From contig NC_068997.1 of NCBI RefSeq assembly GCF_001194135.2, forward strand, positions 6,586,106 to 6,650,105: a DNA stretch of 64,000 nucleotides, read 5' to 3'. Positions within the stretch are counted from its first letter, which is position 1. Each line of letters begins with the position of its first letter. The notes under the pieces are model-generated. The model had not been told where the DNA came from and ran no database searches. It saw nothing but the letters and a program-made list of their open reading frames with translations. Below are positions 26,901 through 42,030 of the stretch, one piece after another. The translations under genes were made by a program, and so were the position numbers. The stretch is from Octopus bimaculoides. Its lineage: Eukaryota.

Positions 26901-27637
26901 TTGCAATTACTATTTTAAGACAAGCCATTGCTTCAATTTGCTGAAGGTTTCATAAGAAATATCTCTTTAAAGAATAATTCTCTTGATAAGATAACCACCA
27001 ATATAATTTATGTCTGGATGGATGAAAAAGACTTAACATTAACACTTGATTATATACCAAACTAATATAATGAATAAGAATAACAAGATTTGTAGAAGAA
27101 TTAGCAGAAATATGCAAACATTCACTTAAACTTGGCTAAAATAATTTATGATTATTAATGATGCATTTAGGTCACAGTTATTTTATTATCCATACTACAG
27201 AATATTCACTTTTAATAATACAAATATTAGTTTTAATAGTCCAAAATTTTCTTTTTAATATTAAAATAATAATTCATGAGAGAGAGAGAAAGAGAGAGAG
27301 AGACTTTTTGATATATGACAATTATGTCTTCTTAAAATAAAAGAAAAATACACAGATTTTGATAATGATTCTATATTTTCACAGTATAGAAACTTCATGA
27401 ATTAAAATGATGAGGAAATATTCAGATGTAAGACAAAAGCAACCTTATTCTCAATTTGTTCTCTCTTAAAGACAATGCCATAATATAAATATAAAATAAA
27501 TGTGGCCAAATTTTAACTGATGAGAAAAGAAGTATTAGTGGGAAGGGAAAATGGAGATGGTAGAACTAAAATAAAAATGTATGATCAGGGAAGGGAAACT
27601 GATAGATGCAGATTTCATATATGGAATGTCTGCTTAC

Positions 27638-27724
27638 ATTGAAAAGATTTGATCTCCGCCGATTTTTCCTACTCTGTGTAGGCGTACTGCTTGGTGTAGG
27701 TAAATCTTTTCCCTCCGGTCTGTC
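27638..27724 (-). CDS. AGAP1: Exon C of homologous trio ([29 protein letters not shown]), the canonical AGAP-like copy
   Basis: Acceptor ctacgtttccag with ctaac branch-like motif ~25 nt upstream, donor AAT|gtaagc, 87 nt, phase 0-0; RRRSNLF matches the AGAP family. Confidence 0.93.
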
Positions 27725-29070
27725 CTGGAAACGTAGTATATGTTTTATAGGTTAGTTCAGACAGCAGAGCAATATGGCTGATCCTTAGCACCTCATATAC
27801 ACTTTACACAGATTTGTGCAGATCACCAAGGTTTAGTAAACATTAGTTATCTCTAGTACCACTGTAGTGACTTCTACTGGGACAGTGCAACCAGTAGCAG
27901 GCATGCATTTCTTGAAAGATTGGAATGAAAACTAGAAAGGCCCAGAATTGAGTATACACAATAGCAAATTTAATAAACAATAAATAGATAAATAAATATA
28001 CAATAATCATAAAAGTTGTAAGCCATGCTGTTAGAAGACAGTTTCAAATATTCATGCAGCCATTATATAAATATCAAACACTAAACAAACTGGTCAAGCA
28101 TGCTACTGTATGAATACACATATAGAGATACCAGCTGCCAGCATTTCAGATAATATATACAGAATAACAACAACAAAAAAAATGTACCATTAAAAAATTC
28201 ACCTGAAAATTTATTCAACAAAGTATTAAATATCAAAAGAGCACTTTATGAAAACTTTCAATCAAATTACCATTGAGTCTCTCAAATAAAACAGATGCAA
28301 ATAGATAAGTCAATTTAGTAAATTTCTTATTTTCCATTACATTGATGGTTGTATATGCATAAAATAAGGTATATTCAATGTAAGATGGACATATAGGAAT
28401 TCAAAACTTTTTCAGCTTAGTTTTTAATTTGAAGGTTCAAAATATTAGTGGAAGGTAGAAAATGAAATTTAACAGAGAGAAAACACGCGAGTTGTTTATT
28501 GTAACTTATGTCTAAAGGTAAAACAACACTGACTTTATATTTCATGTATAAAAGCATAGAGTAAATTTAACATTAGGTTTATGAAGTAGTAAACAATGAG
28601 ACTATTTGATGAATATAGCTTTTTCAAGAAGACGCATGAAATGAAATGGCTTCAACTGGTTTTCTCCTCATACATACATACACATGCACACACATACACA
28701 CACACTCATGCATGCAATAATTCAAAAATGTAAAAAGTAAAACTGAAAAGTCATAGATTTCAGTTTAAAATCATTACAAACTATTTTATTCATCTCTCAA
28801 AAGAATTGAGATGAAAATAGAATGCCCAGTCCATGGAAAGGTGAAAAAATGAAATGTGAAAGATTAAGGTGTACAAAAAAAAAAAAAAAANNNNNNNNNN
28901 NNNNNNNNNNNNNNNNNNNNNNNNNNNNNNNNNNNNNNNNNNNNNNNNNNNNNNNNNNNNNNNNNNNNNNNNNNNNNNNNNNNNNNNNNNNNNNNNNNNN
29001 NNNNNNNNNNNNNNNNNNNNNNNNNNNNNNNNNNNNNNNNNNNNNNNNNNNNNNNNNNNNNNNNNNNNNN

Positions 29071-29108
<38 letters not shown>

Positions 29109-29123
29109 TATATACACATATAT

Positions 29124-29166
<43 letters not shown>

Positions 29167-32100
29167 TACATACATACATATATATACACATACGCCACAT
29201 GATTTTTTAAATCACACAACATGTCGAATGATTTTGGTATGTTAGATAATATGATGCAGAATTATATTTTAGAAATTCAGAAACTAATTTGCGAGTGAAG
29301 TCAATATTTGGTATTTTGAAATATGTTAAAGTTTAATACATGATGAATGAGTAATGGATATAATTCATGGATGGAATTGTACAATGCAAGCCAGAAGACT
29401 GAACTGGAAATCTAACAGCAAAAAAACCAATAATTTGTCATCCCTAAATAAGAGCTCATTGGTTGAGATGGAGGAGTCTGAAGGAGTGAAAATGGAATAA
29501 TAATGTGAAGCTGCAAAAGTAGAAGTTCATGATTTGAAAGTTTCAAATATTTCAGAAAGTTCTCAATAAAACTGTTTTTAAAAATAAAAGACAACGGGAA
29601 AAATTGAGTTTGTCAACATATTGTTTTGTTTATATGGGTAAACAGCACCCCTATCACTAAATTACTAAAGAAATTAAAAAGCTTCTTATTCTCAGAGCCT
29701 AAACTTTAGAGCATAATTCATAAATTTTGTAACTGTAACTAGAACTTAGAGTTTGTGAACATCAATTTAAAGCAATAATTTCAATTTAAAAAAAACAAAA
29801 TGTTTTCTTTATTTTTAAAATCTTTTTGTAGCTTTTAGATATTGTTTTGTGAAAAATATCATAATAAAATAAAGAATTATGTAGCAAATAACTTATTTTT
29901 AAAAATATAATTTTATAATAGAACTCAGAATAAAAGAAGTAATATAGAATAATTATAGTGTTACAGACTGAATCAAGATTACAGATATGAATTGCTAATA
30001 ACAATTCAATTTTAATTATTAAAAAACTGGCTCTGAAAGGGGAAAAAACTTTTTAATTTTTGAGTGAAGAAAGAACAAATTAGGTGCATTTTTTTCAATA
30101 TCTACTACAATGCAGAGTGGCCCCTTGTCAATTAAAATGGTGTTGCAAGTGTATGCATATTCCAGAATGAAATGAAATGTTCTAATATAAGGAAATATAG
30201 TTTTCAACATGAAAATTTTGAATAACAAGTTGACTATAAAATTTAGTTTGCTTATTCTTCCTACAAGCTTTGTTAATCAACCTCAAACAGTAAAGAAAAT
30301 TCCTTGAGTGCTGCAAGTATGTGTGAAATAAAGATGTTACTAATCTATGATGTATTAATGACATAAATTTTCTCTATTTTAGAAGCAGAACAAAAGCTAA
30401 ATGAATGCAAATCATACCAGTGTATAGCAAGTCCAAGATTTTCAAACAAAGCAGTATTTGTATCTCTCCAAAAATATTTTCAAAATACCTATCTAGCCAT
30501 ATTATCTCAATAAAAATGGAATGATAGTATAATATTACAGATATAACTGGTTGACTGACTGCTTATTTGATGGAAAGACAATATAACTTTAGTTCATAAC
30601 AATTTCCTGCATATGAGGTAAAAATGAGATAACTTGCAAAGAAAATATAAGATATAGTCAACAAAAGAGCAATGAAAGAAGGGAAATGAGAGAGTAAGAT
30701 AGCTAAGGAAAAATACAAATATGAAGAGCAATTTACTTATTCAGACAAAAAACAAAAAAGAGAGAGAGAGAGAGAGAGAGAAAAGACTGAAATGAGAATG
30801 AAAGCTACAACCAAGAACAACTAACTTATACAAAGCAATTAGAATGAAGTAAAGCTTTTGATATTCATTTTGAAATGTGATTCTCTTTGAACAATCTATG
30901 TAGATTGAGGAAGAAAAAAATTGTTCTCTTCCCAATCTTTGAACAAAAACCTTAATCTATATAAGAAATAACTGAAAATATCTATTAGAGGGGGTAAAAG
31001 AATATGAATATAATAAATTGAAAAGAGGATAAGAATATCAAAGACTTAATGAAAATACAAGTCACTGCTTTTATGATGAAAGACAATTTAGAAATATTCA
31101 ATGCAAAACATACTTTAAGGATTTGAATTGGTTAACCATTTTTTCTTTTCTTTTTTTTTTTTTTGAAAATTTTAATAGTAAAATAGGTTAAATGAGAGAA
31201 TAAAATCAAATTGCATAATTTCATTTTTCAATTCTGTGTGTTTTGTATTGCATTCCCTAACAAATAATTTACTAATAGCTATTTATATTGATATAATTTG
31301 TAATTGGTGCAGGAAGAAAAGTGATTTATCAATGAAAGATTTAATAAATTTTCATTACTTTTTTTTTTCTTTCTGAAATGAAATTCTAATAATTTATGAG
31401 TAAAATGAGAAAAGGAATTAAGTGAATAATAATGAGGATGATGATGATGATCGCAGAGCAATGTTCAGGGTTGAGCTAGCTCATGCAAAGGTTGTTTGAG
31501 GCAGCACACACTCACAAGCAGACACTTAGTTGACATGGTTCACTCCTGATGCAATTTGTTTCAATGTTGCTCTTCAGAGCCACAATAGTTCAACTTGAGC
31601 CTCTAATGAGGAGGGATGAAAAGATATTTGACAGGGGGCGCTGTTTACTGATCAGCCTACATGCACAATTGTCAACAGCATATTTTTATGATATTGATGT
31701 TTGGTCTAAGCAAGTCTCTACCAAGGACAGGGAGGGACAATTACTTGGGTGGCTATTGGTCGAACAAGTGGCAATATCAAGAGGCAAGGTTTTGTGACTG
31801 CATTAACAGACATATGATGACCAACAGATGGAGGAGAGACACTTACTATGACCAGGCTGGATCGGACTTGTGCCATTCTAGTCAGAAGAGGCGTGAATGG
31901 ACTACTGTTGTGTATACTGAAATCCATCATAAACTTATCCATTTTACCCTACAAAGGATGAGCAGTCAGATTCATGAAACAACATGCTAACAACTAGAAT
32001 CGAAGTAGAAGTGTATATAAGCATTAATTCACTATCAACAGACCACAACAGCATTGGATATCAAATATTAGGTTCTGGTTTTCTTGTTCAACTGAAATGT

Positions 32101-32638
32101 AGATGGATTAGGATGAAGAAAAAAAAAAACAAAACAAAACAAAAATAAAAATGTAGCAACTATAAAAATGACAAAATGAATAAAATAGTTTGAGAAATGT
32201 AAAAGGAAAATTAGATTGATACAATAAGAACTCTAAGAAGAACAGCTGCTAAGCATATATTTTCTAATATAGGAAAATATGCAAATATATAGTTATTTAT
32301 TACCAATGATTGTGGTGTTTGATTTGATTAAACCATGATTAAAAACATTCTTGATTATCTCTTGATTATCAATTTTTAAAACCTCAGCTAAATCCTAGTT
32401 TCCAGACTGAATCTAGTCAGACATTTAATTAGTTGTTGTTGTTGTCAGTAGTTTGGATTAAGCTTGGCATACACATGGAATAAGTCAGAAGAAATTAATT
32501 CCTGTTTGCCTAATTTGAACTGCAAATTAGTAGGGACTCCCCCCTCCCCGCCAAAAAAAACTATTTTGCTTTCATCATAGAAAATTACTGTTAAGACCCA
32601 ACATATTATATAAAATTCCCTGATACATACCTACCTAC

Positions 32639-32685
<47 letters not shown>

Positions 32686-32844
32686 TGTTATACTTGGAGA
32701 TGGTCATATTTTGCCAATTAAAAACATACACACACATAGTGCATGTGTTTAATTGTAAAATATGACCATCCCCAAGAATAACAATATCTGTTTCAATACA
32801 CAATTTCACATCAAGAATCTTGCAAAATAAATCCATAAACACAC

Positions 32845-32933
<89 letters not shown>

Positions 32934-34886
32934 TTATTGATGTGAACTGAGTTTAGTTAAATTTGACTTGCTTTCAGATAGTGATAGTCAAATATATTTT
33001 TATTTATATTTATATGAATTAAATATATTTTTATTTATGGGCTTGAAATGATCTTTGAATAGAAGTGGCCAGCACCAAAAGTATTCTATAAAAAATAACG
33101 AATAAATTAAAGGTAAATTAAGATTGTATAGGTTTGGGTTAATATTTGAAATCTAACAACCACTGAGAGTTGAATATTAATGGGAAACAAAAGTCGTATT
33201 TTCTTTAACCACAAGTATCATGGAATTCTATGATACAATAAAAGAAAAATATCCTACTATGGTACCAGCTCCTGAAACTAAACATTCAACCAATGAAAAC
33301 TCAATCTCTGGCAGGTTAACCAAAATACATCTCATTGTAATTGCTCTAACGGAAACAGAAACTTATTGCAAGGAAAATGTCTTGCTAAGGAACTCTATAA
33401 TATATAACAGTTAATACCAACTATACCAAAAATAACAACAACAACAAAAAAACAAAACAAAACGAAAACTGTGAGCCTTGTACAATAGAATCCTATGAAA
33501 CTTTATTTCCCAGACAAAAGTTACATTCTAAACTGATATCTTTTTACTAATATTTGGCATATAGGACTCTGAAATAATATAAATCCATTAATTTCACAAA
33601 AAATACAATGCTCCTGACACACAGTATTAAATCTTATATACTGTTTTGCTTTTATCAAATAAAAAATTGGATCAATTTCCTTCTTATATTTTATGCGTTA
33701 TGTTCTTTGTATATATTTATTTGAATCTAGTTTATTTCTATTCAAACATCTTTTATTATTATTATGTTATATTTACATTTTTAGTTTTCACATATATATT
33801 CTCTTTTTAAAAAAAANNNNNNNNNNAAATTCACTCTTAAACTCATGTTATGCTTTCTCTTTATTAAATTTCCAATCCTTTGGACGAAATGCAGTTAGGT
33901 CAGTAAAAAAATCGTTAAGATGTAACCATTGCATTCTTTCAATGAAATACACTGATAGATACATAATGATCATGGATGTCGATGTGAATGTAGTTTTAAT
34001 GAGTTGTTGATTGTCACCTGCCTAGGTAGATTGAATACAAGCAAGTTGATAACATGCAGGTGTTTACATATATATTTACAAGATATTGATCTATGAGCAT
34101 TGATTTCCTGCCTGACAGTAGAATTTGTGTTTCAGGTAGTGTTAGTAATTTGCAAGTTTAGAAAAGCCGTTTCAAGATACACCATCATATCCTTCAACAA
34201 TATTTACACTTCTTTCATAAACTTCTGTCAGCATGCAAAGAGCCTACACTGAAAATATTTCAGTGAATTAATGTTTTCTTACAATTCACTCCTACTTAGA
34301 TTTTATATTACTTCATTGGTGTGAACAAATGACAGTGGAGTCCCACTTATTCTTCAAATCCAAGTTCCTTTATCGCAGATACACCAATATATTAACAGGT
34401 TACACTCCTCTAAACATTTCTCTCTTTCTAATATATTTAAATTTCAGGTTTCAACTTTAAATGAACTTTGCTTTTCAAATATTATTCATAGAGCAAAACT
34501 CCTATACAATCCCAATTTGCATACAATATATAAGGTACAATTTATAGAATGTTTTGTTTCATTGTCACTCCTAACTAAAACCATTTCAACTCCATCAGTT
34601 AAAATTTCATTTACTATCACCATATAACAAAAACAAAAAAACAACAACAAAAAAAAAACAACAGAAGGTAGATTTACTAAACTCATCTCTCCCCATCCAT
34701 ACATTTTATTGAACTTTTCGTGCAAAACTCTCTAACAAAACCTGCATTTTGCTAGTTGTTTCAATAAGTCAAGAGAAGCAAAAACTGAGGTCACAGACAT
34801 CACCTCGTATAAAATAGACTTAATTATAACACCAGTATTGAGTCCTTTCCTCAGTTATTTTTGAAGTGCAAATACATTGCACCCTA

Positions 34887-34927
<41 letters not shown>

Positions 34928-35816
34928 ACATGCCAGCCAGAGTCAAGACTTTGAACCATAAACTGCAGATCATTCTTGTGAGCTACAGGAAACCCCACCA
35001 AACTTGCATCATATCTACAGTTACCTTGCATATAAGAATAAAAGAAAGGCATTGAAGAACCATTCATGATTCTCTGGTTAGGGCTGAGGCTGTATCCTTT
35101 GTTGAAGTTTATCCATATCTAGGATGTGGAACCTCAAACTTGCCATGATTTTTGTCTGTTTTCATCGTAATGCGAACTGTGACAAGAAGGTGCGACATTG
35201 AAAGAAGGAAAGAAATCAAAGGCTGGTCATACGCCATCACAAGTCAACACCAACAATCATACGTATATATGTATACAATTGTATATGCGTGTGCATATAC
35301 ACACAAGTTTACATACAATGGCATATGCAGTTGAAATGATGAGGAAAACCATTTTTACCCAATAGCTGTATTTTTTAATAGAAAATATTACAATTAAGTC
35401 ATAAATGTGCAAGTGCCTCATCTGCGTATGAAACTTTTAGCACTGAATCTTTTTGTGTGTGTGTGTGTGTTATTTAATTTAAGCAATCTAAGCATTGATG
35501 ATTAAAATAATGTTGTATACATTTCCTACTGCTCATAGCTCTCTAAGCACTGTGATTCTTATATGTAAGCAGCAAACAATAAGTCTGCTGGTGTATGCAA
35601 AGCTTTGTTGAGCTGGAATTATTTTATTGAGGGCAAACAAAGCAGCTATGATAAAAATCAAACTGTGTACATTTATATTTAACATACTTGTGAGGTTAAA
35701 TGTCGGAAGACTTTCCATGTGGTGGCTGCCTTCAGAGAATTTCTCTTTTGAGATGGTTACTGTAGGTCTTTCTATATTTTAGTGTACATGAAAGTGTTAG
35801 ATATAAATAATGTATA

Positions 35817-36762
35817 AGAATAGCCTGGGCAAAGTTTAGAGAGCTCTTACCCCTGCTGGCGACAAAGGGACTCTCACTCAGAGTAAAAGGCAGACTGTAT
35901 GACGCATGCGTACGAACAGCCATGCTACATGGCAGTGAAACATGGGCTGTAACTGCTGAGGACATACGTAAGCTCGCAAGGAATGAAGCCAGTATGCTCT
36001 GTTGGATGTGTAATGTCAATGTGAATACCCGTCAGAGTGTAAGTATCTTGAGAGAAAAGCTGAACATTAGAAGCATCAGTTGTGGTGTGCAAGAGAGACG
36101 ATTGCGCTGGTATGGACATGTGGTGAGAATGGATGAGGATAGCTGCGTGAAAAAGTGCCACACCCTAACAGTTGAANNNNNNNNNNNNNNNNNNNNNNNN
36201 NNNNNNNNNNNNNNNNNNNNNNNNNNNNNNNNNNNNNNNNNNNNNNNNNNNNNNNNNNNNNNNNNNNNNNNNNNNNNNNNNNNNNNNNNNNNNNNNNNNN
36301 NNNNNNNNNNNNNNNNNNNNNNNNNNNNNNNNNNNNNNNNNNNNNNNNNNNNNNNNNNNNNNNNNNNNNNNNNNNNNNNNNNNNNNNNNNNNNNNNNNNN
36401 NNNNNNNNNNNNNNNNNNNNNNNNNNNNNNNNNNNNNNNNNNNNNNNNNNNNNNNNNNNNNNNNNNNNNNNNNNNNNNNNNNNNNNNNNNNNNNNNNNNN
36501 NNNNNNNNNNNNNNNNNNNNNNNNGGCACATAAAAGACACCATTTCGAGCGTGGCCGTTTTCGTGCGGGTGACACGTAAAAGCACCCACTACACTCTCTG
36601 AGTGGTTGGCGTTAGGAAGGGCATCCAGCTGTAGAAACTCTGCCAAATTAGATTGGAGCCTGGTGTTGCCATCCGGTTTCACCAGTCCTCAGTCAAATCG
36701 TCCAACCCATGCTAGCATGGAAAGCAGACGTTAAACGATGATGATGATGATGATGATGATGA
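35817..36762 (+). mobile_element. 5'-truncated RTE-clade LINE: C-terminal RT region, gap, 3' UTR and (GAT)n tail
   Basis: Uninterrupted frame RIAWAKFRELLPLL...LYDACVRTAMLHGSETW...RRLRWYGHVVRM (RTE-type GSETW / LRWxGHV motifs); contiguity across gap 36177-36524 is assumed. Confidence 0.8.
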
Positions 36763-37046
36763 CACACACACGCACACACATACAAACATGTATGTATATA
36801 TGTATCAAAAGATTTGCATATGTGTATGTGTGGAATTAAATATTAAATTATTTTCTTACATTTGCATAAATGTATTTTTTCTAAAACAACTGAAATCAAG
36901 TCTGTTACAGACTGAGTCCTTATCATCTGTCATCTGCCTTTTCCATTTAATCATGTGATGCGTCCCACTGCAATCAGTTTTAAAACTGTAACTATTTTTT
37001 AATTTTATTCTCTGACTTCTACACATTATCATTCAGCTGGGAAAGT

Positions 37047-37134
<88 letters not shown>

Positions 37135-38075
37135 TAAAGAGAGAGAGAGAGAGTGTGAGAGAAAGAAAGAGAGAGAGACAGAGAGAAAGAAAGAATACAT
37201 GCAACTCAGTAAAATTATCAGTTGGTATATGAATTATCAATTGCAAAATTGTATAATATTTTATGCTTGACAGATGTACAAACATGCTATATACTAATTT
37301 TGTCAAAATACCACTGGCTAGTACTCACATACAAGTGAAGCAACCAGCCCTGTTGTCCCTGATTACTTCCCTTCACCTGCTTAATTAGCTCTGTGTCATC
37401 TGTTACTGCACAAAATCTTGTTTGCATTCACAACTAACATGATAGTTGAGGTGCCAGTATCATTAAACTACAATAGAATAATTGCAAGCATTGTCACATG
37501 AAACCATTGTATTGTATTAACAGTACTATTATTTAAAGAAGATACACATACAATCACATACACATAAGGATATGTGCACATACACATGTCTATTGAATGT
37601 ATGTACCATGTTTGTATACGTGTTTGTCTCTTTCCATGTTTTCCCAATACATATGTTTTCTTTTTGATATGTGTGTATGTGTTAGATATGTATGTGCCTC
37701 TTATCTCTATGTCTAAGCCTTGTGTTTGTGTGTGTATGTGTTTCATATTTTTTGACGTTGCCCTTTCAAGGATGGAAGGAAATATTTTTATCTTGTTGAT
37801 AGAATAAGGAACAAAATTCTACTCTGAGGGTTTCAAGACACAGAAACACATTGAAAGATATTTTAGACAGAAGGTGAGATATTTTTGTGGTGCAGTTAAC
37901 AGTCTTTACAAAATTTAAGAAACAGCTAAACAAAATTTGTTTATATATATATNNNNNNNNNNNNNNNNNNNNNNNNNNNNNNNNNNNNNNNNNNNNNNNN
38001 NNNNNNNNNNNNNNNNNNNNNNNNNNNNNNNNNNNNNNNNNNNNNNNNNNNNNNNNNNNNNAAATATATATATAT

Positions 38076-38132
<57 letters not shown>

Positions 38133-38504
38133 GGATAGAAGTAGGAAAGAAAACAGGATCACACTTTTTTAACAGGGAACTGTTTATGCTAAATATGCAG
38201 AAAAGGTAGTGGTAAGAGTTCCTTAAATTATACCCAGTATAAACTACGGCTGTCAAACGGTGTAGTTCAATCAAAGACAGGCTAATGGAGAAGATAGATT
38301 TTGTATGCAGTAGATGTAGATGGGGCAATAAATACTAAGAACACACCCAAAACAGTGTCTCTTGAAGCAGTTGATAACTTCTGGTAATCTCATTAGCAGT
38401 GAAGCTTCTCAAAGTATAGTAAGTGGAATAAGAATGGATTAGTAAATATTCAAGGAGCCATTACCTCTTCTGGAGGCAATAGGTTTCTATCTCAGAATGA
38501 AAGG

Positions 38505-38900
38505 AAGACTGAGGCATGTATCTGAAGTGTAATGCTGCATGGTAGTAAGACAATATGGGCCCTAAAATGCAAAGGATTGATGAAGACAAGAAATAAATAA
38601 GAAAGCATGCTCTGCTGGATACGTAACATCAGTGTGGATGAATGATGGTGTATAAATGAGCTAAGAGCTAACGAATCAGATGCACAAAGGAAAAGACTGT
38701 GGTGAAATGAGCCTGCCATGGGTACAGAAGATGATAACTCTAAAGTGTGCTCAATGTGGATGGAACCTATGAAAGAGGGGAAACCACAGAAGGCATCACA
38801 ATATCCAAAGATGCTTAGATTAATGTGACAAAAAACTGAAATGATTGGTGATATACAATTCTGGAGATAACCTATCTGCCTGTGTTGTGAGCATGGTGAA
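38505..38900 (+). mobile_element. Degenerate RTE LINE fragment
   Basis: EACI*SVMLHGSKT...W with stops and frameshifts, homologous to 35900-36170. Confidence 0.55.
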
Positions 38901-38947
38901 ATGGATATTAAAAATAGTTGTAGTGATGGAAGCTAAGGAGGCATTTT

Positions 38948-38984
<37 letters not shown>

Positions 38985-40092
38985 AATTACCATATTCAAA
39001 ACTGAATGATAATGCCAGATACACCACATTACAAACAATGTTTTAAGTTAGTATACATAGTATAGCTGAAGCCAGGTGCAGGCAAAGATGTGATTGCAGG
39101 TTTCAGTCCCACTGTGCAGCAGCTTGGGCATGTAGATAAATCAAGCCTTGTTTCTAAATGATTGATTTGTATAACAGGTCCCCATATCAACCTCCATATA
39201 GAAAACTGCTTCATCTGCACAAAAGACAAACACATTCCGTAACTGCCATGCTCTAATAATGAAAGGATATTGAAAGAAATCTAGTCTGTGAGAAATATTG
39301 GGAGGACTACACCAGAACAACTGTATATACTTATTCATATGTTAGGAAAACTAAAGAAAGCTGGTACAATTTAACAGTGAATGAGTTTGGTTTCTATTAA
39401 GATATACTGTGACATATTAAACAGACTGATCAGTGATTTATAGAGAACAGGGTCATTAGAAAAAAAATGTAGAAGTTTATAAAATCAAATATTCAAAAAT
39501 ATTAAATTCAATCTACAGTTTAATCTGTGATGTATCAACAGTATTCTATATATTATCTCAAAAAATTCACTAATCCTACAATTTAATATTTAACTAAATG
39601 CAACTTAAATATAGACCCCAAAAAACCGACCTTTCCCTTTGGTGAGTTACAATCAGTCATGCAGTAGACAGGAGATAGAAATCTACAGATTAAATCCTAA
39701 ACACCTTATATTCTACTTTAAGATAAAACTCAAAGTTAACCTCCTCTGTGATTTTATTCAGATTGGACTTTTTTTAAAAAACATATATTTACAACATCTA
39801 AATTCTGTTTACAGATCAGTTAAAAATAATTGCAGATGCCTGGTATGTATGCCCTCATAATTTCACAAACTTAAATAAGCAGAAAAAAAAAAGGTGAAAA
39901 AAAAATACAAAAATCTTTAAATAAAATTTTATTTACCATGTACATAGCTAACGAAAATATCTCTAGCAATATGAGGTCAATGAATGATTCCAAGGGAAGA
40001 TGTGCTTTAGTAAGGGAATTATTCAGGAGAAATAGAAATATTATTATTTCTAAATCTCTCAAAGAGCGATATTCAGTAACAGTTCTTTAAAG

Positions 40093-40571
40093 TAAAGGCT
40101 ATTTGCCAACATAATGTGGCTGTCCTGGAAGGGACGATTGTTACTGTTGTTTTAGCCCCAGGAAACATTGTTTCTAGTTGGCTATAGGACACAATATCTG
40201 TGTCCTTATATTTTCAAACAGGGAGTTCAGCACTCCCATCCAGCGCAAAACAACATCTGTGGACTAGTTTTGGGGTTATTACCCTTTATCAACACAGAGT
40301 GGCTGCTTGGCTAGATGGCGCTGTTGAACTCACCATTCGAATATAGTTTTCAAAGTGAGACACAACTACTCTGTGTTGATAAAGGGTAATAACCCAGAAA
40401 CTAGTCCACAGATGTTTTGCGTCAGATGGGAATGATGAACTCCCTGTTTAAAAATATAAGGACCTGGATATTGTGTCATATAGCCAGTTAGAAATGCTGT
40501 TTCCTGGGGCTAAAACAACAGTAACATAATCCCTTCCAGGACAGCCACATTATGTTGGCAAATAGCCTTTA
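40093..40571. mobile_element. Foldback MITE with ~205-bp inverted arms
   Basis: Arms 40093-40300 and 40368-40571, outer 42 nt perfectly complementary, roughly 90% overall by eye; ends TA-AAGGCT...AGCCTT-TA. Confidence 0.9.
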
Positions 40572-41081
40572 ATTTACTCAGGAGAAATTTTCCAGGCACC
40601 ATTGCATCATACTGAAATTATTATCTCCTACCCTAACCATATAAATATTTTTTTTTTCATCCAAATCAAGAAGAGATTAAAACTGGTTAAGATTAAGCCT
40701 AAATAATAATTTATGACAAGCCTAATTTTTTGCAATTTTTCTCTTTTTCTCAATGTAATAAGTCTTTAAACTACTACAATGTTTATTTGTGTCTTATGTA
40801 GAGAGTGCAGATCTAATTATGGCCAATAAAATGCTGCAAAAAATATCACTTGTGTATAATCAGAATTGACTTTTTTTTCTTTTTGGTTGGTTATCTAGTA
40901 TAATGGCAGTATAAAAAGCATTGAAAAAGTTCGTGTATACTAAGCAAAGCAAAAAACAAATTCAAACGTGACCTTTGAAACTTTACTGGAATTGATCATG
41001 GAAATTATACAGCCTGTATATAGTGAGTGCTGTTTACTGAATATCATCTGTTTTCTGACTGACTTAGGGCTACTCACTGGT

Positions 41082-41113
<32 letters not shown>

Positions 41114-41865
41114 GGACAACCGGACATTTGATGAGAAAAAGACACTACATTAAAATGATCAACAAACCTGAACTGGAAACTCTCTAAATATCAAAGCAGT
41201 TAAATACGAAAGTGTATAAATAAGAGCACTAACTGGTATGTTCTGGTTTATGTTCTGAAGATGGTTAAAACTGATGCTGTGCCATTGTACCTAGCTCAAT
41301 GCTGTCACTCTCAGCAGGCACTCAGTTGAATAGCAACTGTTTGTGCATCAGTTTTTTACTTGAGGCTTGGCCTCCAGATTTATGAACTTTGCAAATGCCA
41401 TTACAGATTCTTTCTGCCTCCATTCCATTGTCATGCCATTATAGTGCTGGCCACCTTCCATACTCTGCTGATCTTCAAGCCAAGAAGGGCAAAATGTCAA
41501 AGTATTGACTGCTCTCTGACAGATTTGTGGTTGAGCCTGTGGCAGTGGAGACCTCTGGCATTCTTCTCTCCGGACTACATCCCAGTTTACTGCTATCAGC
41601 ATAGAGATGGCTATTCACAAGTGTCAGTCCTACGAGTTGAAATGGCTGTTCCAGAACATCATCCTTGCTATCCTCTATGGCAACACCATTTCCATATTTT
41701 CCACCAGGACCATGAAGCAGACTGACGAGTCTACAGGTGTTGTGTCTCTTAAAAAGAAGGCAACAAAACCAACTGGAAGGTGCAGATTAAGATAGAAGAT
41801 AGAAGTCCACTTTTAATAATCTAACTGTGGACTGTCCTTAGTGAACTTACCAAACTCTTCTCAAA

Positions 41866-42030
41866 TCATCATCATCATCATCGTTTAACGTCCGCTTTCC
41901 ATGCTAGCATGGGTTGGACGATTTGACTGAGGACTGGCGAAACTGGATGGCAACACCAGGCTCCAATCTGATTTGGCAGAGTTTCTACAGCTGGATGCCC
42001 TTCCTAACACCAACCACTCAGAGAGTGTAG
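41866..42030 (-). mobile_element. Young RTE 3'-end copy with (GAT)n tail
   Basis: Reverse complement of 36590-36745 with about 5 differences. Confidence 0.9.

Noticed and set aside
29412-29500. TPPSQP peptide as a fourth member of the exon trio
   Set aside because: Lacks the STP, KN and SN motifs, has no donor, and ends in a stop.
31490-31990. Overlapping short ORFs here and at 41348-41795
   Set aside because: GC-richer and probably old repeat relics, but I could not assign a family or protein.
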